From an uncultured Desulfatiglans sp. (GTDB lineage Bacteria; Desulfobacterota; DSM-4660; Desulfatiglandales; HGW-15), in assembly GCA_964460435.1 (NCBI GenBank), contig CAYWRH010000005.1, forward strand, positions 1,791 to 65,790: a stretch of DNA of 64,000 bases. Direction: 5' to 3'. How positions within the stretch are numbered: position 1 is the stretch's first letter; the number at the start of each line of letters is the position of its first letter. This document shows positions 44,816 to 54,133 of this stretch, in pieces. The notes under the pieces are model-generated. The model had not been told where the DNA came from. It did not search any database and saw only the letters and a program-made list of their open reading frames with translations. Position numbers and translations under genes: made by a program.

Positions 44816-45397
44816 GTGGTATGGAACATGGATAACAAAAACAACAAAACAAAATCCAGGCGTGAATTTCTGCGTGATGCCCTTCGCGGGGCATCCCTTT
44901 TAGCCATAGGCGGCATAACAGGCCTGGGATGGTATAGAAGGCAGAATGCCCCATATGCCTGGCAGATAGACCCGTACAAATGCGCCACCTGCGGTAACTG
45001 CGAAACAGCATGTGTGCTGGAGGAATCAGCGGTAAAGTGTGTGCACTCCTATGAAATGTGCGGCTACTGCCGGATATGCTTTGGATTTTTTGAACCGCAG
45101 CCCCATGCCATTAATGAGGGCGCTGAAAATCAGCTCTGCCCCATGGGAGCCATAAGAAGAAAGTATATTGAAGACCCGTACTATGAATATACGATAGATG
45201 AATCCCTGTGCACAGGCTGTGCAAAATGTGTAAAGACCTGCACGGGCTTTGGTAACGGCTCTCTTCACATGCAGGTGCGCCATGACAGATGCGTAAACTG
45301 CAATCAGTGTGCGATTGCCCTTGTCTGTCCGTCAGACGCATTCAGGAGGGTTCCTGTCAACTCTCCCTACCTCTTCAAGAAGGGGGACAGGGCTTGA
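44816..45397 (+). CDS. Tat-exported poly-ferredoxin (NapG/NosG-like)
   Basis: SRREFLRDALRGAS twin-arginine signal. Four Cys clusters are present (CATCGNCETAC, CGYCRIC, CTGCAKCVKTC, CVNCNQCAIALVCP). Confidence 0.75.
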   Translation: MVWNMDNKNNKTKSRREFLRDALRGASLLAIGGITGLGWYRRQNAPYAWQIDPYKCATCGNCETACVLEESAVKCVHSYEMCGYCRICFGFFEPQPHAINEGAENQLCPMGAIRRKYIEDPYYEYTIDESLCTGCAKCVKTCTGFGNGSLHMQVRHDRCVNCNQCAIALVCPSDAFRRVPVNSPYLFKKGDRA

Positions 45398-46707
45398 GAT
45401 TAAGGTTACTAATATCATTTATTATCCTTTCGGCATTATTAGTTGTTGCTATCGATGCATATTCAATTGAAAGATTTCCTCCTCCCCAGTTTGAAGGGGA
45501 CTATGTGCGGCCAGAGTTCACTGCGCCTGCGCCAAGGGGAGGTGTATGGCCTGTTGTTGACGCAGCTTTGCTTTTATCGTCCCTTGGCATCTCCTCATGG
45601 TTTGTCCTTAAAAAACGCAGCAGGCCGGCAGTTTTTGGCCTGATGCTGTTCTCGATTGCCTATTTTGGATTTTTTAGAAAGGGGTGTGTCTGCTCAATAG
45701 GGTCGATACAGGACATGGGTTTGTTTCTTTTTAACAAGGACTTTTTTTTACCGCTCATCACCATTTTCTTCTTTATAGCCCCGCTTGTTTTTACCCTGCT
45801 TTTTGGCAGGAGTTTCTGTGCAGGGGTATGCCCGTTAGGGGCTCTCCAGGATATCACACTCATAAGGTCTGTAAAAATACCGGTGTGGCTGGAGCATACA
45901 CTTCGGTTTCTGGCATATCTCTATCTTGCCCTTGCAGTGTGGCTCGCCTCCATGGGGAGCACCTTTGTTATATGCAAGTACGACCCGTATATTGCCATAT
46001 TTCGAAGGAATGCAAATCTTGACCTGCTCATAATCGGCGGAATACTTCTTGTTATTGGATTTTTCATAGGACGGCCCTACTGCCGTTTTTTATGCCCCTA
46101 CGGAGTGATACTCCGCCAGTTTTCGCGACTCTCCAAATGGCGTATAAGCATTACGCCTTCAGACTGCAATCAGTGCAGGCTCTGTGAAGATGCCTGCCCT
46201 TACGGGGCAATTAAGCCGCCGGTGCCTTCATGGCCTGATGCAACCTATAAGGGTGATAAGAGAAGGCTTGCCATTTTGCTTCTCCTGCTCCCGTTTATAA
46301 TTCTCCTTGGCGCCATAACAGGCAACAGGATGGCGCCGATTGCAGCAGGGACTCATCCTGTGGTCAGTCTGGCAGAGAGAATATGGATGGAGGAAAACCA
46401 GCAGATTACTGAGACAACAGATGCAAGCCAGGTTTTCAGGTCATCCGGTGAGACAATAGATTCACTTTATAGACGCGCTGATGTTATAAGGGCAGGTTTT
46501 GAAAAGGGAGGATGGTTTTTCGGAGGCTTTCTGGGGCTTGTTCTCGGAGGCAAGCTGATTTTATTGAGTCTGCGCAGGAGGCAATATGAGTATGAGGCTG
46601 ACAGGGCAGGATGTGTGTCATGCGCACGCTGTTTCAGATACTGTCCAAAGGAGCGTGAATGCCCCCCCAATAAGATCGAGGAGACCGGAGGTTTGATCAT
46701 AAAATGA
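45394..46707 (+). CDS. NapH/NosH-like integral-membrane iron-sulfur protein
   Basis: Two CX3CP motifs (CAGVCP, CRFLCP) lie between TM helices. Two C-terminal 4Fe-4S motifs are present (CNQCRLCEDACP, CVSCARCFRYCP). TTG 45394 (AGGGGG SD, TTGA overlap with the upstream stop) is preferred over the listed 45289. Confidence 0.75.
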   Translation: MRLRLLISFIILSALLVVAIDAYSIERFPPPQFEGDYVRPEFTAPAPRGGVWPVVDAALLLSSLGISSWFVLKKRSRPAVFGLMLFSIAYFGFFRKGCVCSIGSIQDMGLFLFNKDFFLPLITIFFFIAPLVFTLLFGRSFCAGVCPLGALQDITLIRSVKIPVWLEHTLRFLAYLYLALAVWLASMGSTFVICKYDPYIAIFRRNANLDLLIIGGILLVIGFFIGRPYCRFLCPYGVILRQFSRLSKWRISITPSDCNQCRLCEDACPYGAIKPPVPSWPDATYKGDKRRLAILLLLLPFIILLGAITGNRMAPIAAGTHPVVSLAERIWMEENQQITETTDASQVFRSSGETIDSLYRRADVIRAGFEKGGWFFGGFLGLVLGGKLILLSLRRRQYEYEADRAGCVSCARCFRYCPKERECPPNKIEETGGLIIK

Positions 46708-48434
46708 CCCCGAACGCTTCTGCCGATAGACTGTTGATGCTTCAGAATCTCCTTAAAAAGATCATTGTGATAGGGGCTATTTTCAGCCTGGTCTTTCTTG
46801 CGGCGCTTATTGTAAACGGTTATCAGCAGTATGTTAAAGGCGCAGACAAATATCTGTTAATCACTGAACTGAAACATAAGTTACTAGAGAGCCCTGATGA
46901 TGAAGCCCTTATAAGAGAGATAAGGGAACTTGACCGTGACTATCGCGCAGACAGACTGAGACGGATAGATTTTTCAGGCCTGGCCTCATTAATGCTATTA
47001 ATAAGCGCAATAATAACAATAGGGGCATATAAATGGATGCAGGGCCTTAAGGAAACAGTTCCTGAACCATGCGATATGAAAGGTGAACCTTTTAAAAGGC
47101 TTTATTTAGGCGAAAGCCGGATAGCTCTTATTGCCTTTGCAGCCATTTTAACGGTAACAGCCATTTTTATTCAGCAGCAAATGCACACTGAATGGATTGA
47201 GGGCATTAACAAAGGAGTGCCTGAAGAACCTGCTTATGCATCTGTGGATGAATTTATGCAGAACTGGCACCGCTTCAGGGGTTTTGGAGGCGCTGGCATT
47301 GCAAATCTGGAGGATATTCCATTAAAATGGGATGGCGCAACCGGCGAGGGCATAATCTGGAAAACACCTGTTCCTCTGCCAGGTTTTAACTCGCCCATTG
47401 TGTGGAAGGATCGTGTTTTTCTGTCAGGCGGTAATGATGAAAAACGGCAGGTTTATTGTTTTGATGCATCCACAGGCGCTATCCTGTGGAGCGTAGATGT
47501 GCCCTCTGCCCCTGCCGGCGCCCAAAAATTTACAGTAATGGAAGACACAGGTTATGCGGCCTCATCGATGGCAACAGACGGGGTGCGTGTATATGCCATC
47601 TTTGCAACTGGGGATATGGCTGCGATTGATTTTAATGGACGTTTATTGTGGCACAGGGGTCTTGGCATACCTGTGAGCCTGTACGGGTATGCCTCAAGCC
47701 TTGAGGTGTGGCAGGATCGTGTAATAGTGCAGTATGATCAGGCCGGTGCAGAGGATAATAAGTCCAGGCTGTTTGCCTTTAATGGCGCAACAGGGACCCT
47801 CATTTGGGAGACAAAAAGGCCTGTTCCAAACAGCTGGACATCTCCCATTGTGGCAAATACCGGTAACATCTGGCAGTTAATAACCGTTGCCGACCCGTAT
47901 GTGATAGCCTATGACCCTGACAATGGAAAAGAGATTTGGCGTGCGAACTGTATTAAGGGTGATGTGGGCGCATCGCCGATTGTTGCCGGCAACATGGCTA
48001 TTGCAATAGCCCCTGACCTCCATAATGCGGCAGTTCGCACTGACGGAAAAGGCGATGTAACGGCCACCCATATTGCATGGATAAATGATGATGTCGGGCC
48101 AACCATTGTCTCTCCGGTTTCAGACGGCAGGAGTGTATTTTATCTTGATACCTATGGAACGCTATATAATGTCAACCTTGCAGATGGAAAACTCATTTAT
48201 GAACATGATTTTAACGAAAACGTTAATGCCTCACCCACACTGGCAGCAGGCAGGATATATGTCCTTACACTTGAAGGAAACATGTTCATAGGCACAGCAG
48301 GTGAAAGGGAGTTTCATGTTGAGGCAACTAACCCTTTAGGTGAACAGTGTTATGCAACCCCCGCCTTTATGCCCGGGAGGATATATATAAGAGGAAAAGA
48401 GAATTTATACTGTATTGGAAATGAAAAACCCTGA
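46704..48434 (+). CDS. membrane-anchored (about 3 TM) PQQ/BamB-like beta-propeller protein
   Basis: Three N-terminal hydrophobic helices are followed by WHRFRGFGG and propeller repeats. The start forms an ATGA overlap with the upstream gene. Confidence 0.7.
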   Translation: MTPNASADRLLMLQNLLKKIIVIGAIFSLVFLAALIVNGYQQYVKGADKYLLITELKHKLLESPDDEALIREIRELDRDYRADRLRRIDFSGLASLMLLISAIITIGAYKWMQGLKETVPEPCDMKGEPFKRLYLGESRIALIAFAAILTVTAIFIQQQMHTEWIEGINKGVPEEPAYASVDEFMQNWHRFRGFGGAGIANLEDIPLKWDGATGEGIIWKTPVPLPGFNSPIVWKDRVFLSGGNDEKRQVYCFDASTGAILWSVDVPSAPAGAQKFTVMEDTGYAASSMATDGVRVYAIFATGDMAAIDFNGRLLWHRGLGIPVSLYGYASSLEVWQDRVIVQYDQAGAEDNKSRLFAFNGATGTLIWETKRPVPNSWTSPIVANTGNIWQLITVADPYVIAYDPDNGKEIWRANCIKGDVGASPIVAGNMAIAIAPDLHNAAVRTDGKGDVTATHIAWINDDVGPTIVSPVSDGRSVFYLDTYGTLYNVNLADGKLIYEHDFNENVNASPTLAAGRIYVLTLEGNMFIGTAGEREFHVEATNPLGEQCYATPAFMPGRIYIRGKENLYCIGNEKP

Positions 48435-50775
48435 TCTTGAAAAAATAGATGAAATAATTTCATTAACAGGAAAGAGCCCTGACAAAATCCTGCCTATACT
48501 TCAGGCTGTGCAGAAGGAGTATGGCTATCTGCCACAGCCTGCGCTGGAAATGATATGTGAGAAGACAGAGATAACACCTGCTGAAATTACAGGGTTCAGC
48601 AGCTTTTATGACCAGTTCAGGTTTGCGCCGGCAGGGGAACATATTATTCGTGTATGCCTTGGAACCGCCTGTCATGTAAAGGGAGCGCAGGGGGTATTTG
48701 ATGCCTTTAAAAGATATCTTCATATCCCTGAGAAGGGTGATACTGATTCAGACGGCCTTTTTACCATAGAGCCTGTTGCCTGTCTGGGCTGCTGTACACT
48801 TGCGCCTGTCGTGCAGATAGGTAATGTAATATACGGCCACCTGACACCTGATAGGGTTGAAAATACCATTAAGGATTTTTTAGCTTATCATAAGGCACAG
48901 AACAAAAAGGGCATGCTGTCAAAGACCCTTAAATTGCCTGGTGATATAAAGGGGGAGATAAGGGTAGGGCTGGGATCATGCTGCCAGGCCAGGGGAAGCG
49001 GTCACCTTAGAGATGCAATAGAAAAGATAATTTTTGAGACAGGCATACCTGCCATTATAAAACATGTGGGCTGCGTTGGCATGTGCTATCAGACACCTCT
49101 TATGGAGATACTGCTGTCTGACGGCAGCCGCTATCTCTATACAGGCGTGAGGCCTGATGATGCTAAGGATATCCTGTTAAAACATTTTAGGCCAAGCGGC
49201 ATCAAGAGAAAAGTTATGCCCATTATTTCAAAGGGGCTGGATATCCTCCTTAATGCGGGCGAATCACCCTCTATGCCCCGCTATGCCATTAACAGGCGTG
49301 AAAGGCATGTGGCGGATTTTCTTGACTGCCAGAGGAATATTGCCACAGAACACTGCGGCAGCGTGAGCCCTGTAAACATTGATGAATACATTGATCACGA
49401 TGGATTTAGGGCGCTTATAAAGGCTGTGCATGAGCTCAATAGCGATAAGGTAATATCAGAGATAGAGGCAAGCGGGTTAAGGGGGAGAGGGGGCGCAGGG
49501 TTTCCCACATATCTAAAGTGGCGGACAGTAAGGGATCAGCCTGAAAATGAACGCTTTATTGTGCTAAACGGAGATGAGGGAGACCCAGGGGCATTTATGG
49601 ACAGGATGCTCATGGAGTCTTATCCTTTCAGGGTTCTGGAAGGGATGATTATTGCTGCCCATACTGTTGGGGCAGGCAGGGGTTATCTTTATATCCGCGC
49701 CGAATATCCCCTTGCCATTGAGCGCATGCAGGAGGCCATAAAGATGTGCCATGCACGCGGTTTTCTGGGCAACAATATCTGTGGCAGCTGCTTTTCCATT
49801 GATCTCACGATTGTGGCAGGCGCAGGGGCATTTGTCTGCGGTGAGGAGACAGCGCTTTTGGCAAGCATCATGGGGCAAAGGGGTATGCCGCGGCTCAGGC
49901 CGCCATATCCGGCCCAGCAGGGGTTATGGGGGAGGCCGACACTAATTAACAATGTTGAGACCTATGCGCTTGTCCCATGGATCATAAGAAACGGCGGGGC
50001 TGCATTTGCACAAATGGGCACTGAAAGGAGCAGGGGGACAAAGGTTTTTGCACTTGCAGGCAAGATTGCAAGAGGCGGTCTTATTGAGGTGCCAATGGGC
50101 ATTACCCTGCGGAGAATAGTGGAGGAGATAGGAGGGGGTATTGCAGGCGGCTTGAAATTCAAGGCCATACAGATAGGCGGCCCCAGCGGAGGGTGTGTGC
50201 CTGCCAGACTTTCAGATATCCCGGTTGATTACGAATCCCTTGCTGATGCCGGCGCCATCATGGGGTCAGGCGGTCTTGTAGTTATGGATGAGACAGACTG
50301 CATGGTGGATATAGCGAGGTATTTTCTGCAATTCACCCAGAACCAGTCATGCGGAAGATGTACCTTCTGCAGGGTCGGGACCCGCCGCATGCTTGAGATA
50401 TTGGACAGGCTTTGCAGCGGTAAAGGCAAGGCATCGGATATTGAAGAGCTTGAAGAGCTTGGAAACAGTATAAAGCAGGGAAGCCTGTGTGCACTTGGGG
50501 GCACTGCCCCAAACCCGGTGCTTTCAACACTGAAATATTTTCGCGAGGAGTATGAGGCCCATGTAAATGGGAGATGCCCTGCTGGTAAATGCAGGGCACT
50601 TATAAAATACAGGGTTATAGAGGATTGTATCGGCTGCACCATTTGCGCCCAGCATTGCCCTGTGGGGGCGATAGGTTTTAAGCCATATGAAAGACATGAG
50701 ATCAATATTGATATGTGCATACGCTGCGGGTCATGTAAGAATGTATGCCCGGAAAAGGCGGTAGTTGTGGAATGA
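48415..50775 (+). CDS. NuoE-like/NuoF-like fusion flavoprotein (NAD(P)H-binding, FMN, multiple Fe-S) with C-terminal 2x[4Fe-4S] ferredoxin domain
   Basis: Thioredoxin-like 2Fe-2S motifs CLGTAC...CLGCC. NuoF motifs GRGGAGFPT and GDEGDPGAF. N3 cluster motif SCGRCTFCRVG. C-terminal CIGCTICAQHCP and CIRCGSCKNVCP. Confidence 0.85.
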   Translation: MEMKNPDLEKIDEIISLTGKSPDKILPILQAVQKEYGYLPQPALEMICEKTEITPAEITGFSSFYDQFRFAPAGEHIIRVCLGTACHVKGAQGVFDAFKRYLHIPEKGDTDSDGLFTIEPVACLGCCTLAPVVQIGNVIYGHLTPDRVENTIKDFLAYHKAQNKKGMLSKTLKLPGDIKGEIRVGLGSCCQARGSGHLRDAIEKIIFETGIPAIIKHVGCVGMCYQTPLMEILLSDGSRYLYTGVRPDDAKDILLKHFRPSGIKRKVMPIISKGLDILLNAGESPSMPRYAINRRERHVADFLDCQRNIATEHCGSVSPVNIDEYIDHDGFRALIKAVHELNSDKVISEIEASGLRGRGGAGFPTYLKWRTVRDQPENERFIVLNGDEGDPGAFMDRMLMESYPFRVLEGMIIAAHTVGAGRGYLYIRAEYPLAIERMQEAIKMCHARGFLGNNICGSCFSIDLTIVAGAGAFVCGEETALLASIMGQRGMPRLRPPYPAQQGLWGRPTLINNVETYALVPWIIRNGGAAFAQMGTERSRGTKVFALAGKIARGGLIEVPMGITLRRIVEEIGGGIAGGLKFKAIQIGGPSGGCVPARLSDIPVDYESLADAGAIMGSGGLVVMDETDCMVDIARYFLQFTQNQSCGRCTFCRVGTRRMLEILDRLCSGKGKASDIEELEELGNSIKQGSLCALGGTAPNPVLSTLKYFREEYEAHVNGRCPAGKCRALIKYRVIEDCIGCTICAQHCPVGAIGFKPYERHEINIDMCIRCGSCKNVCPEKAVVVE

Positions 50776-52331
50776 TAAACTTAACCATAAATAAAATACC
50801 TGTCCAGGTATCTGAAGGGACAACCATCCTGGAGGCTGCTGAATCAATCGGTATCCGAATACCGACACTCTGCTATATAAAGGAGATTTCACCCCTTACA
50901 AGCTGTATGTTATGTGTTGTCAGGATTGAGGGAAGAAAAAATTTTGTCCCCTCCTGTGCAACAAGGGCAGAAGAGGGCATGGTGGTGTATAGTGATGATC
51001 CTGTTGTAACATCAGCCAGGCGCACTGCATTGGAACTGCTTCTGAGTGACCATGCGGGTGACTGCATGGGGCCGTGCGAGGCGGCCTGCCCTGCCGGAAT
51101 GGATATCCCGAAAATGATACGTTATATGGCAAATGGACAATATGACAGGGCGATTGAGACGATCAAGGAAGATATCGCATTGCCTGCAGTAACAGGCTAT
51201 ATTTGCCCTGCTCCATGTGAAAAGGTGTGCCGCCGCGGACAGATTGATGAGCCAATATCCATAAAGTTTATAAAACGCTGTGCGGCTGAGCTGGACCTTT
51301 CAAAAAATGAGCCATATAAACCTGCTGTAATGGCTGACCTGAATAAAAAGGTGGCCATAGTAGGCAGCGGGCCTGCGGGCTTAAGCGCTGCATATCATCT
51401 TCAGCGAAATGGCATCTCCTGCACGGTTTTTGATGACCGTGAAAAGCCGGGCGGTATGCTGCGCTATGAGGTGCCTGAAATAATGCTGCCAAGGTCTCTC
51501 CTTGATGCAGAGATAGAAGAGATCAGAAGGCTGGGTGTTATTTTCAGGCAGGGGGTTCGCATAGGAAGGGACCTTGCCCTTGATGAACTTTTAAAATCCT
51601 ATGATGCGGTTTTTTTGGGTATTGGAAATGTCCTTCATAATGATCTTGAATGGCTTGGCATTAAACCGGTTGACGGGGGCATTAAGGTCAACAGGGATAC
51701 ACTTCAGACTGAAATCCAAGGAGTATTTGCCGGAGGCGATGCAAGGAAGGGGTTAAGGCTTGCTGTGCGTTCTATGGCTGACGGGAAAAAGGCGGGGGCA
51801 GGGATCCTGCAATATTTAAAGGGCGAACCGGTTACAGGTGTTGAGCGGTTATTCAACAGCAGGATGGGGAAAATTACGCCCGGGGAGATTATGGAGTATA
51901 AAGATTCTGACCATAAAAGAGAAGGTATTAAGATTGAATCTCATAATGGGATAAGCAAGGATCAGGCTTTTAGTGAATCCCGCTACTGCCTGCACTGCGA
52001 CTGCCGGAAGAAAGAAGAGTGCAAGCTGCGTTTATATGCAGATGAATATGGGGCAACAGGGGGAAAATACAGGGGAAAGCGGAGGGACTTTAAGCGCATT
52101 AATGAACACAGTGAAATTATTTATGAACCGGGTAAATGTATAGACTGCGGCATATGTGTGCGCATTACAGGACAGCAAAAAGAAAAACTTGGCCTGGCAT
52201 TTATTGGCAGAGGGTTTGATGTAAGGGTGGCTGTCCCATTTGATAAATCACTGGCAGAAGGGCTCTCAAAAAGAGTAAGGGATGTTGTAATGGCATGCCC
52301 TACAGGGGCGCTGGCGTTTAAGTCTGATTAA
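50772..52331 (+). CDS. 2Fe-2S ferredoxin-like N-terminus fused to GltD-like NAD(P)H/FAD oxidoreductase
   Basis: The N-terminus is NuoG/HydA-like (MINLTINKIPVQV...PTLC). The GltD-type region is CPAGMDIP...CPAPCEKVCRRG. Dinucleotide motifs VAIVGSGPAGLSAA and VFAGGDA are present. The start forms an ATGA overlap with the upstream stop, and the listed 50745 is less likely. Confidence 0.8.
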   Translation: MINLTINKIPVQVSEGTTILEAAESIGIRIPTLCYIKEISPLTSCMLCVVRIEGRKNFVPSCATRAEEGMVVYSDDPVVTSARRTALELLLSDHAGDCMGPCEAACPAGMDIPKMIRYMANGQYDRAIETIKEDIALPAVTGYICPAPCEKVCRRGQIDEPISIKFIKRCAAELDLSKNEPYKPAVMADLNKKVAIVGSGPAGLSAAYHLQRNGISCTVFDDREKPGGMLRYEVPEIMLPRSLLDAEIEEIRRLGVIFRQGVRIGRDLALDELLKSYDAVFLGIGNVLHNDLEWLGIKPVDGGIKVNRDTLQTEIQGVFAGGDARKGLRLAVRSMADGKKAGAGILQYLKGEPVTGVERLFNSRMGKITPGEIMEYKDSDHKREGIKIESHNGISKDQAFSESRYCLHCDCRKKEECKLRLYADEYGATGGKYRGKRRDFKRINEHSEIIYEPGKCIDCGICVRITGQQKEKLGLAFIGRGFDVRVAVPFDKSLAEGLSKRVRDVVMACPTGALAFKSD

Positions 52332-52372
52332 TTTTGATCTGCCTGCCCCTTTATACGGATTTGCCGAATTTT

Positions 52373-52396
52373 GGTGCAGGCATGTTCGCCTGCACC
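52373..52396. terminator. hairpin between convergent genes (no clear T-run)
   Basis: GGTGCAGGC pairs with GCCTGCACC, with a 6-nt loop. Confidence 0.3.
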
Positions 52397-52465
52397 GGGA
52401 TGTCTGACAGGGTTTCTGAAATGCAGGTTTCCTCTAAGGTCAGAAAATGGCATGCTTAAAAAATA

Positions 52466-53116
52466 TCACGGCTGTTTTGGAAACGGGCGCAGGGTGAAGA
52501 GCTTGTCTGATCTGGGTGCGCCGCAGCCTGAACATTTACTGTCATACCATGCCACTGGTAAACCGCATTTGGGGCATGACCAGCGCTCCTTTTCCGATTT
52601 CGCCCATTTCTCTATGCCCATCTTCTTTATGCCGTCAAGGTTCTTAAGCACCTCTCCATGATGGGGCATGCCATCGTTATTGAATTTTGTTACCTTTTCA
52701 CATGGCTCATCTTTGCAGTCTGAGCAGCGCGTAACCCCCTCTTTATCCTGCGCACATTTTCTCATTGCACACTCACGGCAAAAGGAGGCGACCCTTCCAT
52801 TTGCTATGCAGCCGTCACAGAGGATATCCTCCTTCTCAAGCTTCATTGGCCCAGCTGAAAACTGTTTAACCAGGGCATCAAGCTTTTCTTTATCTTTTGA
52901 CTGGGTTGCAATATACATGGGGCATGCGCCGCAGTATAGCCCGCACGGGGCCACAAGGATTTCATTGCCTTGTTTTGCACCCTGTTTGGATTCCATTGCA
53001 TGTGCTGCAAGACAATCAAATTTAAGGCATGCGCAACTGACCGTTGTAGCAGCAACACCAATAACAAAATCCCGCCTGGTGATCTTTTTTATAAAGGTAT
53101 TCATATTTTCTCTCAA
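52466..53116 (-). CDS. DUF3795-like Cys-rich protein with twin-arginine signal
   Basis: TRRDFVIGVAATT signal. CGLYCGACPMY and CDGC...CRECAMRKC...CSDCKDEPC resemble DUF3795, from memory. Confidence 0.5.
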   Translation of the reverse strand: MRENMNTFIKKITRRDFVIGVAATTVSCACLKFDCLAAHAMESKQGAKQGNEILVAPCGLYCGACPMYIATQSKDKEKLDALVKQFSAGPMKLEKEDILCDGCIANGRVASFCRECAMRKCAQDKEGVTRCSDCKDEPCEKVTKFNNDGMPHHGEVLKNLDGIKKMGIEKWAKSEKERWSCPKCGLPVAWYDSKCSGCGAPRSDKLFTLRPFPKQP

Positions 53117-53121
53117 TAAAA

Positions 53122-53523
53122 TTACTTTTTAACCAGTGCATCCCTGATTTCTGTCAGGAGCACAACCTCTGCTGAAGGGGCTGGTGGCGCAGCAGGGGCC
53201 TCTTCCTGTTTCTTTTTGAATGTGTTCATTGCCTTTATCATCATAAAAATCGCAAAGGCTATTATTAGAAAATCCACAACTGACTGTATGAACTTGCCAT
53301 AATTCAGTGTGACAGCAGCAACGTCACCTGATGCCTGTTTAATGGTGATTGCCAGATTTGTAAAATCGACATTCCCGACAAGAACGCCTATCGGGGGCAT
53401 GATTACATCTGCAACAAATGATGAGACTATTTTTCCGAATGCACCGCCAATGATAATGCCGACAGCCATATCAACCACATTGCCACGCATTGCAAAAGTC
53501 TTGAATTCCTGGATAAATCCCAT
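53122..53523 (-). CDS. mscL: large-conductance mechanosensitive channel
   Basis: It is near-collinear with E. coli MscL ([41 protein letters not shown]; C-terminal LLTEIRD). Confidence 0.95.
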   Translation of the reverse strand: MGFIQEFKTFAMRGNVVDMAVGIIIGGAFGKIVSSFVADVIMPPIGVLVGNVDFTNLAITIKQASGDVAAVTLNYGKFIQSVVDFLIIAFAIFMMIKAMNTFKKKQEEAPAAPPAPSAEVVLLTEIRDALVKK

Positions 53524-53780
53524 GATAAACCCTCCTGTTTTGAATTTAATAATTGGTTAATACGATTTGACACCAACTGTTTACACCATTTTAAATAAAA
53601 AGTCTGTTTATTTATTTTTTACAATGATCCCTTATCTTGCATTTTTTTCTGCCTTATTGACTTTTTTTAGGGATGGAGCTGTGCCATTGTGCTTCCTCAC
53701 CAAATGCCCCATTAGCCTGTATGCATCTTTTTATATCAAAAAGCATTTATATTAACGATTAATTGTAATACTTCCCGCTG

Positions 53781-53811
53781 CTCAATATATTGCACAAGTC
53801 TCAATATATTG
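53781..53811. promoter_or_regulatory. two identical 12-bp sites CTCAATATATTG (each containing the 10-bp palindrome CAATATATTG), 19-bp period
   Basis: Perfect copies at 53781-53792 and 53800-53811 in the 610-bp AT-rich divergent intergenic region. Confidence 0.35.
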
Positions 53812-54133
53812 ATAAAAAATAGTGGGAAATTGCACCTCGAAAAAATATAATATTCAGTAAAATCAAATGGATATAATCAGGGCACAATTAATGCAAGCAA
53901 ATATTATGTTTCTCTTAAAAAATTAAGCAATGTAGTCTAAGCTTTGGCGATTGTATGTATGGGTTATGGATAGGCGGGATCACATAATAATAAAGGTATC
54001 TTACAGGGATGGAAGATACGGGCTGAAATAAGGAAAAAGGAGGTGGGGATATTTTTTTGATTGGCAATCAGACCGGTGTGATTCCATTAAAAATGTAGCG
54101 TAACATAAAAACAAATTTAAGAGGAGGGATAGT

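Noticed and set aside
45289-45393. Long N-terminal extension of the NapH-like ORF as listed in the ORF track
   Set aside because: It overlaps the ferredoxin gene by 109 nt in another frame and encodes a Cys/Arg-rich non-hydrophobic stretch. TTG 45394, with an AGGGGG Shine-Dalgarno and a TTGA stop/start overlap, gives a sensible TM N-terminus.
53567-53755. 62-aa ORF in the AT-rich mscL/metallophosphoesterase intergenic region (also 54001-54264 on the minus strand)
   Set aside because: The composition is low-complexity and F/L/Y-rich, as expected from AT-rich DNA. There is no RBS. The second ORF overlaps the start of a motif-supported gene.
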